A stretch of 64,000 nt of DNA from contig CAVOXA010000001.1 in the NCBI GenBank assembly GCA_963700285.1, forward strand, positions 1,728,001-1,792,000. The letters are read 5' to 3'. Within the stretch, counting starts at the first letter, position 1. Each line of letters begins with the position of its first letter. The notes beneath the pieces were generated by a model. It was given only the letters and a program-made list of their open reading frames with translations. It was not told where the DNA came from and searched no databases. This DNA comes from an uncultured Chloroflexia bacterium (lineage in GTDB: Bacteria; Chloroflexota; Anaerolineae; JAAYZQ01). A program made the translations under genes and the position numbers. Shown piece after piece: positions 48,428 through 59,447 of the stretch.

Positions 48428-50054
48428 TCAGGAGCTACTGCTGGCGGAAGGCGGCTTGGACCTGCGCTTGCGCTTTCTGCGGCGACGCCCTTTGGTATCC
48501 TGGGCATAGTAATAGTAATAGTAGTTGCCCTCCCCTTGGCCGCGGCTTGACATGCGGTTCCAGGCGACGCCCAGAAGGTTGGCGCCCACCTGCCGCATCC
48601 TTTCCACGGCGTGCTTTGCTGCTGCCTCGCGGGTGCGTCCGGCATAAGTGACTACCAGCACGCCATCCGTCTGGGGGGCCAGCACCGCGGCGTCCGTGAC
48701 CGGCAGGATGGGCGGCGTATCAAAGACCACAATGTCGGCCTCTTCCTTGATCTGCTCCAGGAGACCCCGCATCTTCTGGGAGCCCAACAGCTCTGAGGGA
48801 TTGGGCGGCAGAGGTCCGCTGGGCAGTACCCGGAGGTTCTCGATCCCAGTTTCCTGCAGGTGACCGTCCAGCACGGGTCGATCTTCGAACAGGATGTTGG
48901 TCAGCCCTTCCTTGTTGGAAACCTGAAAGATCTTGTGGACCATCGGCCGGCGCAGGTCGGCATCCACCAGGACCACCCTGCTACCTGTCTGGGCCATCAC
49001 GACGGCCAGGTTGGCGGCCATGGTGCTCTTGCCCTCCAGCGCGTTCGCGCTGGTAACAACGATGGATCTCAGCGGGCGGTCCAGGGACGAAAACCGGAGG
49101 CTGGTGCGGAGCGAGCGATAGGCCTCAGAGATCGGTGACTTGGGATGGCGCGCGGTGATCAGCTTTTCCGGTGGTGCGTCGCCAGGAATGCGGCTGATGG
49201 TGCCCAGCGTGGCCAGGCCCATCGCTTTCTGCGCATCATCGGCAGATCTTCAGGGTATCGTCCAGGTACTCGATCAGGAAGGCCGCGCCGATGGCCAGCA
49301 TCGCTCCCACGACGGCTGCCAGGGCCACCTGCATCATCCAGTTGGATCCAATGGGGGTCGTCGGTACGGGCGCCTCTTCGATGACGGTCAGGACGTTCGT
49401 GCCGGTCTCACCCAGCAGCAACTGGTACTGGGCAAAAGTGGCCTGCCAGTTGTTGATCTGGCTCTCCAGCGTGTTGATGCGGGTCTGGATGTCCTGGATC
49501 TGCCTGGCGCTGAAAGCCTCACTCAACTCGGCCTGCAGTTCCTCGATCTCTTGCTGGGCCGCCTGGATCTTGGGTGGCAGACTGGCGGACTGGGTCTGGA
49601 TGAACTCGCGATTCCTGTCCTGGGGCCTGGAACGCTCCACGGTGGACATCAGTTGTCGCGACACTTCATCCGCGATGAGTTTGGCCCGTTGGGGATCGTT
49701 ATCGGTGACTCGCAGCTCCATGAGCTGGGTGCCAGGGATGAGATTGACGCCGATCTGCCCTCGCAGCCGGGTCCACTGATCCTCAAACCCCAACGCCTTG
49801 GCCGTGTTCTTTAGGATAGGCTCGCGCTTGATCAGTTCCGAGTAGGTCTGGGCCAGGCGCTCGCTGGTATAGAAATCAGAATAGTTGGGATCGACTTTCT
49901 GGATGGCCTGGCCGATCATGAGCGTGGTTGACGTCTGGAAGATATCAGGCTGGTCCTTGACCGTCCACCAAGCAGCAAAACCGGCAATGAGCGTGGCCAG
50001 GACGATCAACCACGACCATTTCCAGATGGTCCCTGCATATTCACGTAGTTCCAT
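48428..50054 (-). CDS. wzc: Wzc-type polysaccharide co-polymerase / tyrosine autokinase; frameshift near 49236
   Basis: ORF 49236..50054 is Wzz-like (MELREY...EYLDDT). ORF 48428..49222 has EAYRSLRT, EGKST, DADLRRP, DTPP and the C-terminal NYYYYYY cluster. Confidence 0.9.
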
Positions 50055-50229
50055 CTTTTACCTCTCCGATCGCTGGGGAGAAGGCCTCACCCTGCCACAA
50101 CCGGACCCGGCACGTTGGCCAGATCACTCTTGGGCTTGGGCCCAGGCCCACTCGTTCTCCCTTGTGTCGCTCAGGTTGTCAGGAACAGGGATGCGACGTG
50201 CGTCGGCGGTGGGTGTTACCCTGTTCCCC

Positions 50230-50258
50230 ATTATAGCATATTCTGCTAGAAAGTTCAA
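50230..50258 (-). promoter_or_regulatory. sigma70-type promoter upstream of wzc
   Basis: Minus strand TTGAAC-17 bp-TATAAT with TG extension. Confidence 0.7.
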
Positions 50259-50266
50259 CCCAGAAA

Positions 50267-52396
50267 CTACTTGATCCAGACAGGATCCCAATCATTGTAC
50301 GGGCTGTCAAGTAGCAGTCGCCGGTCAGTGCCATCGGCATTCATGATCCAGAGCTGGCGAGTGCCTTTTGTCTGGTTGGACCAGAATACGATCTGCGACC
50401 CGTCGGGAGAAAAGGTCGGATGCTTGTCCCACTCCCACGTGTTAAAGGTCAAGCGCTGTTTCTCTGATCCCTGGGGATTCACCCGAAAGATCTCGTCGCT
50501 GCCGCCCTCGGGGCCCATCTCCTGCGAGACGTAGGCGATAACGTCGTCCTGGGGAGACCAAGCCGGATCGTAGCTCAACCTGCTAGAGAAGGTGATCGCC
50601 CATTTGATTCCCGTACTCAACTGGGTCACATAGATCTGCTCTCCTCTCTCTCCGGTTGTTACGCTGGCCATATATTCTCCGTCGGGCGACATACGATCCA
50701 GCCGCAGCGCTTCTTCGTAAGGCCAGCGGTCAGTCAGCAGGGCCACGCGATTGGTCTTGGGATCGAGCAGGTAGACATCGGGTATCTCGCCGCCGCCCCG
50801 GTCCGATAGGAAGGCGATCTTGTCTCGCAGGACACTGGGGATCGGCGGCAGTGCTGTGCCAGTGGCTGTGGCCGTCATGGTCGGAGTTCCCGTCAGTTTG
50901 TCCAGCCAGACCAACACCGGCGTCTTGGTGGGCCGCGGCGTGTTGGTGGCGGTGGCCAGGCTGGGTGGCGTTGGGGTCGGGGTGCCGGTAAGAATGGTAT
51001 TTGCTGTGGCCAGCGCGCGGAGATAGGCAGCGGTCGCCCGGTTTTCCGGTGTCGGTGTGTTGGTGATCACGATATAGTAGGGCGTGGCCGTGGCCATGTA
51101 CTCGGGTGTGGTCGTCGCTGTCCCCGTTGTTTCAGCCCGCGCTGTCTCCCGCACGGCGATGGCCGCAGCGGTCACGGCGTTTTCCGCGGTGGGCGTGCTG
51201 GTAACCACCCAGTATACCGGTGTGTCGGTGGCTGTCGGAGTCAGGCTGGGTGTCGGCGTGAGGCTGGCCGTGGGTGTCAGGCTGGCGGTTGGCGTAAGGG
51301 TAGGCGGCCGGGTGCCGGTCGGGATGGGGGTGCCGGGCGGTGCTCCTACGTTCAGCAGTAGACGAGGGCGGTGACCCTGCGTAGCCGGGCCATAGCCGGT
51401 ATCCCAGGCAAAGACACTGTTTTCCCCTGTCAGGGGCCCATCCAGCCGGAAAGAGACCGTGAAATGCTCGTCGAGCAGGCGCTGTTCCAGATCTTGGATC
51501 TGCTCGCGCGACAGCTCAAATACATTGGTTTCGCCCACAACCAGGTCGCCCACGCCCAGCGCCGGCGGCAAGGTCCACGCGATCGGCGCATTGTGCGCGT
51601 CCTGATAGGTCATCCGGCTCCATGCCTCGTCAGCGTCACGAGCCAAGATCCGCATCTCCCATACGCCGGTGCCATTCATGCGACGGGCGTCCAGCCCGGC
51701 GATCTCTAGGGTGGCGGCGTGGATGGTCGCGCCCCGAGGTATGGCCGAGAGATCAAACTGCATCACTCCGTGGTAGATGATGCCGTCAAACAGGCCGGTA
51801 TAGAGGTAGGAATCGCCCAGATGGTTGCCCCGCTCTTCGTCGCTGGCTACCCAGCCGGCCGCACCCGGATCGGGGGACAATCCGTATACGGCTCCTCCCG
51901 GAAAGGGCGTGGGTGTGGCCGTGGGATCAAAGAACTCGAAGGTGGGCGTTGGCGCGACCGCAATCGCCGTATCCGTCGGCATGGGCGAGAAGGTGGGGGT
52001 GACGGTCGGGACCACGCCGGGCCCCAGCGTAGCGGTGGGGGTCGTGGTTGGTGCCGGGCTCAACAGTGCCGATCCGTAGGTGTAGAGCAAGGCCGCTACA
52101 GCCACGATGCCCACAAACCAGAGGATCACCCGGAGCGCGGGAAAACGGGGCGGCATGGGACCATAGCCATCCTCGTCGTCCTCGGGAACGATGGCCGTGG
52201 GCGGCGGTGGCGCTGACGGTTCGCGATAGAACTGGCAGCCCCGATGCGCGCCCACCAGGCAGAACTGGGCCTGGTAGTCGAGTTCAATATCCGCTTCGGG
52301 CTCCTGCGCGTAGCAGACGTGTGCTTCGTGCGCTTCCATGCCGCGGAGGTCGCGGTCTTCGTCAGAGCCCAACCAGGGGCAGAGGTCAGTGGCCAT
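50267..52396 (-). CDS. Cys/His N-terminal domain - TM - DNRLRE-like domain - Thr/Pro linker - TolB-like PD40 repeats
   Basis: CPWLG..HVCY..CL..HRGC; TM; MQFDLSAIPRGATIHAATL..PRLLL (DNRLRE-like); DPAWSP, HPTFSPDG, WDPVW. Confidence 0.8.
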   Translation of the reverse strand: MATDLCPWLGSDEDRDLRGMEAHEAHVCYAQEPEADIELDYQAQFCLVGAHRGCQFYREPSAPPPPTAIVPEDDEDGYGPMPPRFPALRVILWFVGIVAVAALLYTYGSALLSPAPTTTPTATLGPGVVPTVTPTFSPMPTDTAIAVAPTPTFEFFDPTATPTPFPGGAVYGLSPDPGAAGWVASDEERGNHLGDSYLYTGLFDGIIYHGVMQFDLSAIPRGATIHAATLEIAGLDARRMNGTGVWEMRILARDADEAWSRMTYQDAHNAPIAWTLPPALGVGDLVVGETNVFELSREQIQDLEQRLLDEHFTVSFRLDGPLTGENSVFAWDTGYGPATQGHRPRLLLNVGAPPGTPIPTGTRPPTLTPTASLTPTASLTPTPSLTPTATDTPVYWVVTSTPTAENAVTAAAIAVRETARAETTGTATTTPEYMATATPYYIVITNTPTPENRATAAYLRALATANTILTGTPTPTPPSLATATNTPRPTKTPVLVWLDKLTGTPTMTATATGTALPPIPSVLRDKIAFLSDRGGGEIPDVYLLDPKTNRVALLTDRWPYEEALRLDRMSPDGEYMASVTTGERGEQIYVTQLSTGIKWAITFSSRLSYDPAWSPQDDVIAYVSQEMGPEGGSDEIFRVNPQGSEKQRLTFNTWEWDKHPTFSPDGSQIVFWSNQTKGTRQLWIMNADGTDRRLLLDSPYNDWDPVWIK

Positions 52397-52479
52397 GGTT
52401 ATTTCCTCGCATTTGTACCCATAAAATACACGAAATATGCGAAAAACACAAGAAAAGAACTAGCTTCGGAAAAGATCCT

Positions 52480-53715
52480 TCACAGCAGCGCCAGAGAGTC
52501 ATAGATCTCATCCCAGGTCTGGTAGACTCTGCGCCAATCATATCGTTCTTCGACCCACTCGCGGCCGCAGGCACGAAACTTTGCTTGCAGCCCCTCATCG
52601 GTCAGCAACCGCACAGTGGCCTGGGCAAAGTCACCTGGTGTGTCTGCGATCAGGATATTTTCCCCATCCCGGATCGTTAGCCCTTCCGCACCGATGGTTG
52701 TGGAGACGATGGGCTGTCCCCAACACCAGGCATCCACGATCTTGACCCGCATCCCACCAGCCGCGTGGAGAGGCACGATAAAGACGGCGGTTTCGGCAAG
52801 ATAGCGCTGCAGGTCTTCCACATAGCCCAGGACCTCTACGCCGTCATGTTGATGCCAGGCCAGGAGCTGGTCCGGCGGGTTCTTGCCGATCAGGGTCAGC
52901 CGTGCCTGGGGCGCCTGCTTCCTGACTTGGGGCCAGACCTCCTGCAGGAACCAGAGTAGCCCCTCCACGTTGGGGGGCCAGTACATGGTCCCAATATGGG
53001 TGATGCGAAACGGCGCATCGACCCGAGGCACGGGCCGGACTGCCATCGTGTCCACGCAGATGGGGATGACGCTGGTCCGGCCGTCCAAGGGCTGGCTGTG
53101 CCCGTCTTTCGATGGCTGCGGTATCAGTGCCAACAGGGCCTCGCGATCCTGCTGCGTGACAAAGGTGACGTGATCGAACTTCTGGCAGATGGCCGATTCG
53201 TACCGGGCAAAGGCGCGCGCCTCGCGCTGGAGCAGCCATCGCTTGAGCTGGTTCGGCTCGTGCTGGGCCAGCCGCTCGAGGATCTGGAAGGTGGCGTTGT
53301 GCTGGTCCAGGATCCGCCTGGTCCTCAGCCTTGGTCCCAGGAGCCCGTATTGGGCCATGGGGATCTGGTCGGCGTGGACGACGTCAAAGTCAGTTGCATT
53401 GAGCAGCTCCTCCACCTGGCGGCGCATGGCGCCGATCTCCTCCCGGGCGATGATCGCAGGCTGGCCGGAGAGCAGGCTGACCAGGGCAGCGCGGATGTTG
53501 CGGGGCCAGGACCGCTCCATCGGCACGGTATGGACCTCGTGGACAATCGTCCGCAGGTGGGCCACGTCCTCCGGCCGGTCGTCTGGGCGCACAAAGGAGA
53601 GCAGGGTCACCTGGTGGCGGGCAGCCAGGTGGCGCAGGACATAGTAGGCCCGGATCTTGGCCCCGGATACCAGGGGATAGGAGAGGAGTTCGGTAAGAAC
53701 GAGGATGCGAGCCAC
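52480..53715 (-). CDS. Glycosyltransferase family 4
   Basis: YP..SGAKIR, DQHN, PNVEGL.WF, GGMRVKIVDAW..G.PIVSTTIGAEG. Confidence 0.92.
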   Translation of the reverse strand: MARILVLTELLSYPLVSGAKIRAYYVLRHLAARHQVTLLSFVRPDDRPEDVAHLRTIVHEVHTVPMERSWPRNIRAALVSLLSGQPAIIAREEIGAMRRQVEELLNATDFDVVHADQIPMAQYGLLGPRLRTRRILDQHNATFQILERLAQHEPNQLKRWLLQREARAFARYESAICQKFDHVTFVTQQDREALLALIPQPSKDGHSQPLDGRTSVIPICVDTMAVRPVPRVDAPFRITHIGTMYWPPNVEGLLWFLQEVWPQVRKQAPQARLTLIGKNPPDQLLAWHQHDGVEVLGYVEDLQRYLAETAVFIVPLHAAGGMRVKIVDAWCWGQPIVSTTIGAEGLTIRDGENILIADTPGDFAQATVRLLTDEGLQAKFRACGREWVEERYDWRRVYQTWDEIYDSLALL

Positions 53716-53721
53716 GGTCCG

Positions 53722-55236
53722 TTACCTGCCCCGAAACCTGATCATGACCGCCGCCGTTTTTACCAGAATCGAGGTTTCCAGGTATAGGTTCCGGTGTTTG
53801 ATATAGTACAGGTCGTACTGCAGCTTTATCAGCGTATCCTCAACGCTGCCGCCATAGCGGTAGCGCACCTGGGCCCAGCCGGTGACGCCCGGCCGCACGG
53901 CGTGGCGCGCCTGGTAGAAAGGCACCTCCCGGACGAGATCGGCCACAAACTCGGGCCGCTCGGGACGGGGACCGATGAGGCTCATCTCGCCCTTGAGGAC
54001 GTTCCACATCTGGGGGAGTTCGTCCAGCCGGGTCTTGCGCAAGACCCTGCCCACCGGTGTAATCCGGTCGTCCTCTTCCCGGGCCCAGACCGCCCCACAT
54101 TCCGCCTCCGCATCGGGGACCATCGAGCGGAACTTGACCAGCTCGAAAGGCCTGCCGCCCTTGCCCACGCGGATCTGGTGGTAGAGCAGGGGCCCGCGGG
54201 CCCACAGGAGATTGGCCAGGGCCACCAAAGGGGCCAGGAGGGCGAGCAGCAAAAGGCCAACGACACCGGCAAAGAGGTCTACCAGGCGTTTCAGGGCCAG
54301 GAACGCCCTGTGCATCGGCGAGTCGTTGAGGGGCAGGATGACGTGCAGGTTGCGGCCGGCGTGCTCGACCGGTATGCGGCCGGTCAGGCGCTCGTAGAAA
54401 CTGGTCATGGGCTCGAGGTGGATGCCCTGTTCCTGGCAGTCCAGCAGCGACTGGAAGAGGGTGGGATGGATCTCGGGAGTGTGGGTGATGGCCACGACCA
54501 GAGTATCCACCTCATGCTCCGCCACCAAGGCTCGCAGCGCGTAGCGATCGCCCAGTACAGGCACGCCTTCGACTTTTTTTCCAACCCTGGCCCCGTCGTC
54601 GTCGACAAAGCCCACAATCAGGTAGCCCGAGCCGGCGTGGGGGTTGCCGCTGGGTGGCACATGGACCAGCTCCCGGGCCAGCTCAGAGCCGGATTTGCCC
54701 GCGCCGACGATCAAGCAGCCGCCGCTGAAAGTTGGGCTGGCTGAAGACCGTGGCATACAGGACCCGCCAGGCCGGCACGCTGGTGGAGGCCAGCGCGACA
54801 AAGAGGTAGGCCGATGCGCGAGAGGCGGGAAAGTGCGGCGTGTAGAAAGGGGATGGCCAGGTATACAAGCGCCGTCACGAGGGCGGCACGACCCGCTGTT
54901 CCAGGCGCTCTGGCTGGCCTTGGCCGTGAGGGCCAGGTCGTAGCAGTCAAAAAAGGAGGCCCATATCAGCCACAAGATGGTTAGCAGCACAAAGTAGATG
55001 GGCGCTTCCGCAAACGTGGCCCAGGATAGCCTGTAGCCATAGCGCAGTACCAGAGCCACCAGGAGGGCGCCGTTCAGAACCAGCACGTCGGTGACCACCA
55101 GCATCAGCCGCCGCTCGGACGTCGTCAGGTGCAGCCGGGGCAGCGGGATGCGCCCGATGCGCCCTGGGCGCAAGGGTGTGTCCGGCGCCTGGCCATCGCC
55201 AACAGGAACAGGGGAGGATTGTTCTACCGTTTTCAT
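53722..55236 (-). CDS. Priming polyprenyl-phosphate glycosyl-1-phosphate transferase (WcaJ/WbaP-like)
   Basis: KRLVD, KFRSM, RITPVGRVLRKTRLDELPQ.WNVLKGEMSLIGPRPERP, KLQYDLYY; compensating indels at ~54720-54890. Confidence 0.93.
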   Translation of the reverse strand: MKTVEQSSPVPVGDGQAPDTPLRPGRIGRIPLPRLHLTTSERRLMLVVTDVLVLNGALLVALVLRYGYRLSWATFAEAPIYFVLLTILWLIWASFFDCYDLALTAKASQSAWNSGSCRPRDGACIPGHPLSTRRTFPPLAHRPTSLSRWPPPACRPGGSCMPRSSASPTFSGGCLIVGAGKSGSELARELVHVPPSGNPHAGSGYLIVGFVDDDGARVGKKVEGVPVLGDRYALRALVAEHEVDTLVVAITHTPEIHPTLFQSLLDCQEQGIHLEPMTSFYERLTGRIPVEHAGRNLHVILPLNDSPMHRAFLALKRLVDLFAGVVGLLLLALLAPLVALANLLWARGPLLYHQIRVGKGGRPFELVKFRSMVPDAEAECGAVWAREEDDRITPVGRVLRKTRLDELPQMWNVLKGEMSLIGPRPERPEFVADLVREVPFYQARHAVRPGVTGWAQVRYRYGGSVEDTLIKLQYDLYYIKHRNLYLETSILVKTAAVMIRFRGR

Positions 55237-56522
55237 CAGTTCACACTCGTCCGTAGGCTGGCTGGGCACGAGCCAAAACGAGGTGCTGCCAGCCCCGCAT
55301 ACATTTTCTGGAGCGCCAGGCCCTCAGCCCGGCGCTGCTGCTCGTACCACTTGCGGCCTGCCCGGCCCATGCGAGCGAGGCGGGCCGGATCTGCCAGGCT
55401 GGACTGCATGATTCTGGCCAGGGAGCCGGCGTCGCCGGGCGGCACAACCCAACCGGTCCGGTCCTCGGCTTGAGCCTCAACGTACTCTGGCAGAGCCCCC
55501 ACGCCGGTCACGAGCACCGGTTTGGAGAAACAGTAGGCCGCCGCCACCAGCGCTGACTGGCTGGCTTCAGTGTAGGGCAAGACCAGCAGCCCGCAGCGCT
55601 GGAAGAGATCCACGGCCTCCTCGTCGCCGATGAGCCGGTCCCGTACCTCCACGTTGCCGGGGATGTCCCCCTGGACAATGCCCCCCAGCGCGCCAGGGCC
55701 GGCGATCACGACCTGCGCCCGCCCGGGATCGAGACGGCGTGCCGCTTCAACGAGCACGTCCAGGCCCTTGTACGCCTCCAGCCGTCCCAGAAAGAGGGCC
55801 CAGGGTTCGTGTCTCACTTCAGGCGGCGCCTGCTCCAGCGCCCGTGCCTGGGCATGGCCCACGAACAGGTGGGTCAGCGGCGTGCAGGTCAGTCCAGAAG
55901 GATCCAGACCCTCGCGCACGAGTTCTTGCGCATAGCACTGGCCGTGTACCAGCAGGTGACCGGCTCCGCGCCGGACCCAGCCGTTCCACAGGTAGAGCAG
56001 CCGGCCATAGGCCGCCCCGGTGTGGGGATGCAGGTCGTGCAGGCTGTGGACCGCGGGCACGCCGGCCCGCCGCAGGGCGTTCAGCAGCAGTGGGTTCCAG
56101 AGGTGGGGCCCGGTCATGTGGACCAGGTCGGGTTGCAGGTCGTGGACCGTGGCCAGCAGCCTATTGAGATCCCGCGGCCGCAACGCGTCGGGCGAGAAGC
56201 CGGTATCTCGAGTGTCCACGGGAGTATGTATTGCGATCCCCGGCGTATAGCGGTCCAGAGGCGCCTGCCGGGTGGTGATCAGGTGTACGTCAGCGCCCGC
56301 CGCCTGCTGGCGGTTGGCCAGGTCGGCCGTATACTGGTGCATGCCCCAGGTTGGGGAGGGCAGGACGTAGCAGAGGCGGAGGGTGGAGAGGGGGAGAGGG
56401 GGTGAGGGGGTGAGGGGGAGAGAGGGAGAGGGAGAGGGGGAGACAGGGTGAGGGGGAGAACCGCTGATTCCGTTCTCTCGTTCTCTTTGTCTCTTTTTCT
56501 GCGTGTCTCCTGCGCGGTTCAT
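55236..56522 (-). CDS. Glycosyltransferase family 4 with low-complexity Ser/Pro N-terminal extension
   Basis: FLGRLEAYKGLDVL, LPYTEASQS, KPVLVT.VGALPE; ATG 56522 overlaps the upstream TGA. Confidence 0.9.
   Translation of the reverse strand: MNRAGDTQKKRQRERENGISGSPPHPVSPSPSPSLPLTPSPPLPLSTLRLCYVLPSPTWGMHQYTADLANRQQAAGADVHLITTRQAPLDRYTPGIAIHTPVDTRDTGFSPDALRPRDLNRLLATVHDLQPDLVHMTGPHLWNPLLLNALRRAGVPAVHSLHDLHPHTGAAYGRLLYLWNGWVRRGAGHLLVHGQCYAQELVREGLDPSGLTCTPLTHLFVGHAQARALEQAPPEVRHEPWALFLGRLEAYKGLDVLVEAARRLDPGRAQVVIAGPGALGGIVQGDIPGNVEVRDRLIGDEEAVDLFQRCGLLVLPYTEASQSALVAAAYCFSKPVLVTGVGALPEYVEAQAEDRTGWVVPPGDAGSLARIMQSSLADPARLARMGRAGRKWYEQQRRAEGLALQKMYAGLAAPRFGSCPASLRTSVN
56378..56460. repeat. Purine-rich short tandem repeat tract (~8-nt period, GAGGGGGA/T)
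   Basis: GGAGAGGGGGAGAGGGGGTGAGGGGGTGAGGGGGAGAGAGGGAGAGGGAGAGGGGGAG, read directly. Confidence 0.8.
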
Positions 56523-56906
56523 TTTCCCCCAACGGTCCATTGCTCTGGGTGGCGGATCATGTTGACGAGCTTGCCGATGATGTGGTCATAGGTCCGGTAA
56601 AGGTCGCGAGCTTTGCCGGCGTCCAGGTACTCGCACTTGACGGAGAACTCGAGCCAGATTTGGGTTTCGGCGGCTTCTGCTTCGGAGTCACTGAGCTTGC
56701 TGACAAAGGCTGCCGGGTACCGTCGTTTTCTCCATGCCTCCGCCAGATTAGCACAGATCGATCTGCGAGGAACGACGGATCTGGTCAGTGAGGGCGTATC
56801 GTTCGCTCTTTCGGGAAGCCTTGGTAACCTCAAAGATCTCCATCGCAGCATCAAAGGCCATCTGATAGACATCCAGATCGCGATGGCTCCGGATCCTTTC
56901 TCCCAC
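56519..56906 (-). CDS. Four helix bundle protein (23S rRNA IVS-protein-like family); frameshifted
   Basis: Manual reading MGERIRSHRDLDVYQMAF..ERYALTDQIRRSS joins RSICANLAEAWRKRRY...AAETQIWLEF of ORF 56519..56872. Confidence 0.88.
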
Positions 56907-56967
56907 TCTCCTGCTCTCCCTCTCTCTCCCCCTTGTCGCTCCTGTACAGCCTGAACTAACTCTCTGT

Positions 56968-56976
56968 ATTATAGCA
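56968..56976 (-). promoter_or_regulatory. Extended -10 element upstream of the four-helix-bundle gene
   Basis: Minus strand TGCTATAAT ~60 bp upstream of GTG 56906, in an AT-rich patch. Confidence 0.5.
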
Positions 56977-57009
56977 TAAATTTCGGATTTGCGCTAGTTT
57001 CTACAGATA

Positions 57010-58350
57010 TCATCCAGATTTTGTGGTCAGTTTGGACTCTGAGCAAAGCGGCGGTGGAGGACGCGGAACAATTCGAACCAGGGCCAGGGCGGCAAAGGGC
57101 AGGGCCACGGCGTCCACGGGCAGCCGGTAGCGGGGCATGGCCCAGGTCAGGATGTGCAGCAGGGAGTAAAAGCCCATGAAGAGCAGGACCAGGGCCAGGG
57201 GCGTGGTGGAGAAGCTGAGCCAGCCGGCCGTCGAGCGGCCGGGCCATGCCTGGCGGAGGGCCAGCCACAACCCGGCCAGCATGAAGGGCAGAAAGAGGCC
57301 AAAGGAACCGCTGCGGCCCAGGTTGTGCAGCAGCGTCGTGTCGGGCGTGGGCCAGAACTCGAAATAGTCCCGGACGCGGCTGAGGGACAGGAGCAGGTAG
57401 CGGCCCGGCTCGGCCAGGACAAAGCCGATGCCGCGAGCCATGAGGTCGCGGTCCAGCTGCGCTTCGTTGAGGCCCGCTCAGTTCCGGCGGCACCGGCGCG
57501 GCCTCGAACTCCTGAAAGTCTGGTGCCGTGCATGGGATGCTGGGCCGAGTACATGGCATAGCCGGCGTTGGAGTTGAGCAGCAGGAACTGGTCGTAGACG
57601 ACATAATTGCGGATGGTGAAGGGCAGGATGAAGAGGACCAAGGTCAAGGTTGCGGTCAAGAGGCTGGGGATCATGCGGCGGAGCCGGCCGGAGCGCCAGG
57701 CGACCCAGAGGAGCCAGGCAAAGAGCACGACCACCCAGGGGAGGATGGATTGGCGCAGGAGGGTGGCGAGGCCCAGGCCCAACCCCAGGACCAGACCCTT
57801 GCCCACGGATGGCGCCTCGGCCGCGGCCATGGCCCGCTCCAGCGTCCAGAGCAGGACGATGATGTAGAACGACTCGGTCATCAAGGTGGCACCGTACAGT
57901 ACGAAATAGGCGTACACGGCCGCGCACCCCGCCGCAACCAGAGCGACTGTGCCCCGGCCCGGAAATAGCTGGCGGGCCAGGCGGTAGACCATCAACGGCA
58001 GGAGCAGCCCGCTGACCAGGGCGCCCAGCAGACGCAGGGCCAGGGGGTGGACACCGAAAAGCCCATAGACAGCCGGCCGCATAGAGGGAATAGAGGAAGG
58101 ACCAGTGGGCGGTGGGCGTCTCGGCCGGTGTGAAGGGGTACCAGCCGGTCTCAAAGCTGAAGCCATGACCAGCAGCCAGCCGGGCGCCCAGGGCGTGGTA
58201 GGAGCGCTGGTCGGTGAGCAGCGGCGGCGCGTCCACCACATCGCCCAGGTAGACGGCAACCCCAACCCGCAGCACGACGGCCAGGATCAGAATCCCGACC
58301 AACGCTACCCAATAGGTTTTCCCTTCTCGCCCAATCATCAAGTCCGTCAA
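57010..58350 (-). CDS. GT-C fold (ArnT/PMT-like) glycosyltransferase; frameshifted
   Basis: LRVG..DQRSYH, LM.TESFY, LATLLRQ, PFTIRNY, PRYRLP across ORFs 57478..58350, 57147..58265 and 57010..57441; many TM segments. Confidence 0.8.
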
Positions 58351-58351
58351 T

Positions 58352-58430
58352 ATCTCCCCATCTCCCTATCTCTCCTTCTCCCCCTCCTCTCCTTCTCCCC
58401 CTCTCCTACTGTCTCACTGTCTCACTGTCC
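58352..58430. repeat. Pyrimidine-rich short tandem repeat tract
   Basis: TCTCCCCA TCTCCCTA TCTCTCCT TCTCCCCC ... ACTGTCTC ACTGTCTC, ~8-nt period, intergenic. Confidence 0.75.
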
Positions 58431-58448
58431 CGGCGTGTGCCCTCAGCC

Positions 58449-59433
58449 TCACATCCCCGCCAGCTCAGCCAGCAGCCGCCGATAGGTCCGCGCCTGTGCA
58501 GCCAGCGCGTCAGAGAAGGGCGTGCCCAGCGCAGCCACCGCCAGGCGGGGCCAATAGGCCAGCCGCAGGTAGCACTTGAAGCGATTTGCCTGGCGTGCTC
58601 CGCCAAACTTGCGATAGAATTGCATCTTGCTGCGGTAGAGCTGGACGTACATGCGCTCGGGCATCTGTCGCGTGCTCTGTGCCTCATGGTGCAATACCAC
58701 GGCTTGGGGTACCCACCATAGTTCCCATCCGGCTTGGGCCAGCCGGTAGCAGAGGTCCACTTCTTCGGTGTACATGAAGTACGTACTCATCCAGCAGCCC
58801 GACCTGATCCAGCGCCTCATGCCGCAGCAAAAGACACGCGCCCTTGATCACCTCGACCTGGCGCGGTGTACCGAGATCCCAATACTGCATGGGATAGGTC
58901 GCCTGCGGCCACAACCGGCTCCAGAAACAGCAGCCGCCAGAACTCACGGCCAGGCGTGAGCATCGGGTGGCACGAGGATTGCAGGCTACCGTCGGTGTTC
59001 AGCAGTCGCGCTCCAGCCGCGCCGGCCCGGGGATGCGCGTCGATGAACTCGACAAGGGCCTGTATCGCGCCGGGCTGGATCTCAGTATCGCTGTTGAGCA
59101 GCACCACGTAGCGCCCAGCGAGCCGCGCATGGCCTGATTGTTGGCAGCGGCAAAGCCAACGTTCTCACTGGTTCTCGATCAGGTTCACCCAGGGGAAACT
59201 GCGCTCGCACCATGTCCGCGCTGCCATCGGTGGAAGCGTTGTCGACGACCCAAAGTTCGAGGTTCGAGGTTTTAGGGTCGATGGGCGACGGGAGTGGTGG
59301 GGACGTGATTGGAGACTGTCTGGCCTGCGGCTGGAGCGATGGATTCCAGGCACCGGGCGAGCAGGTCGCGGGTGTTCCAGTTGACGACGATGACCGAGAG
59401 CGCCAAGTCCACCAGCTTCTGGCCCTCCCTCAT
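58449..59433 (-). CDS. Glycosyltransferase family 2 (WbbL-like); multiply frameshifted
   Basis: Manual LSVIVVNWNTRDLLARCL, VVDNASTDGS, LLNSDT, GACLLLR, FMYTEEVDLC across several short ORFs. Confidence 0.82.
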
Positions 59434-59447
59434 CCACCATCACGTAC

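Noticed and set aside
50880-51350. Possible CRISPR or DNA tandem array
   Set aside because: These are degenerate repeats encoding a Thr/Pro-rich protein linker, with no constant repeat-spacer structure.
1-56906. Diversity-generating retroelement (FGE-sulfatase target-like domain at the left edge plus an Avd-related four-helix-bundle gene)
   Set aside because: No reverse transcriptase or template/variable repeat pair was seen. The genes are ~56 kb apart, and the FGE C-terminus lies outside the window.
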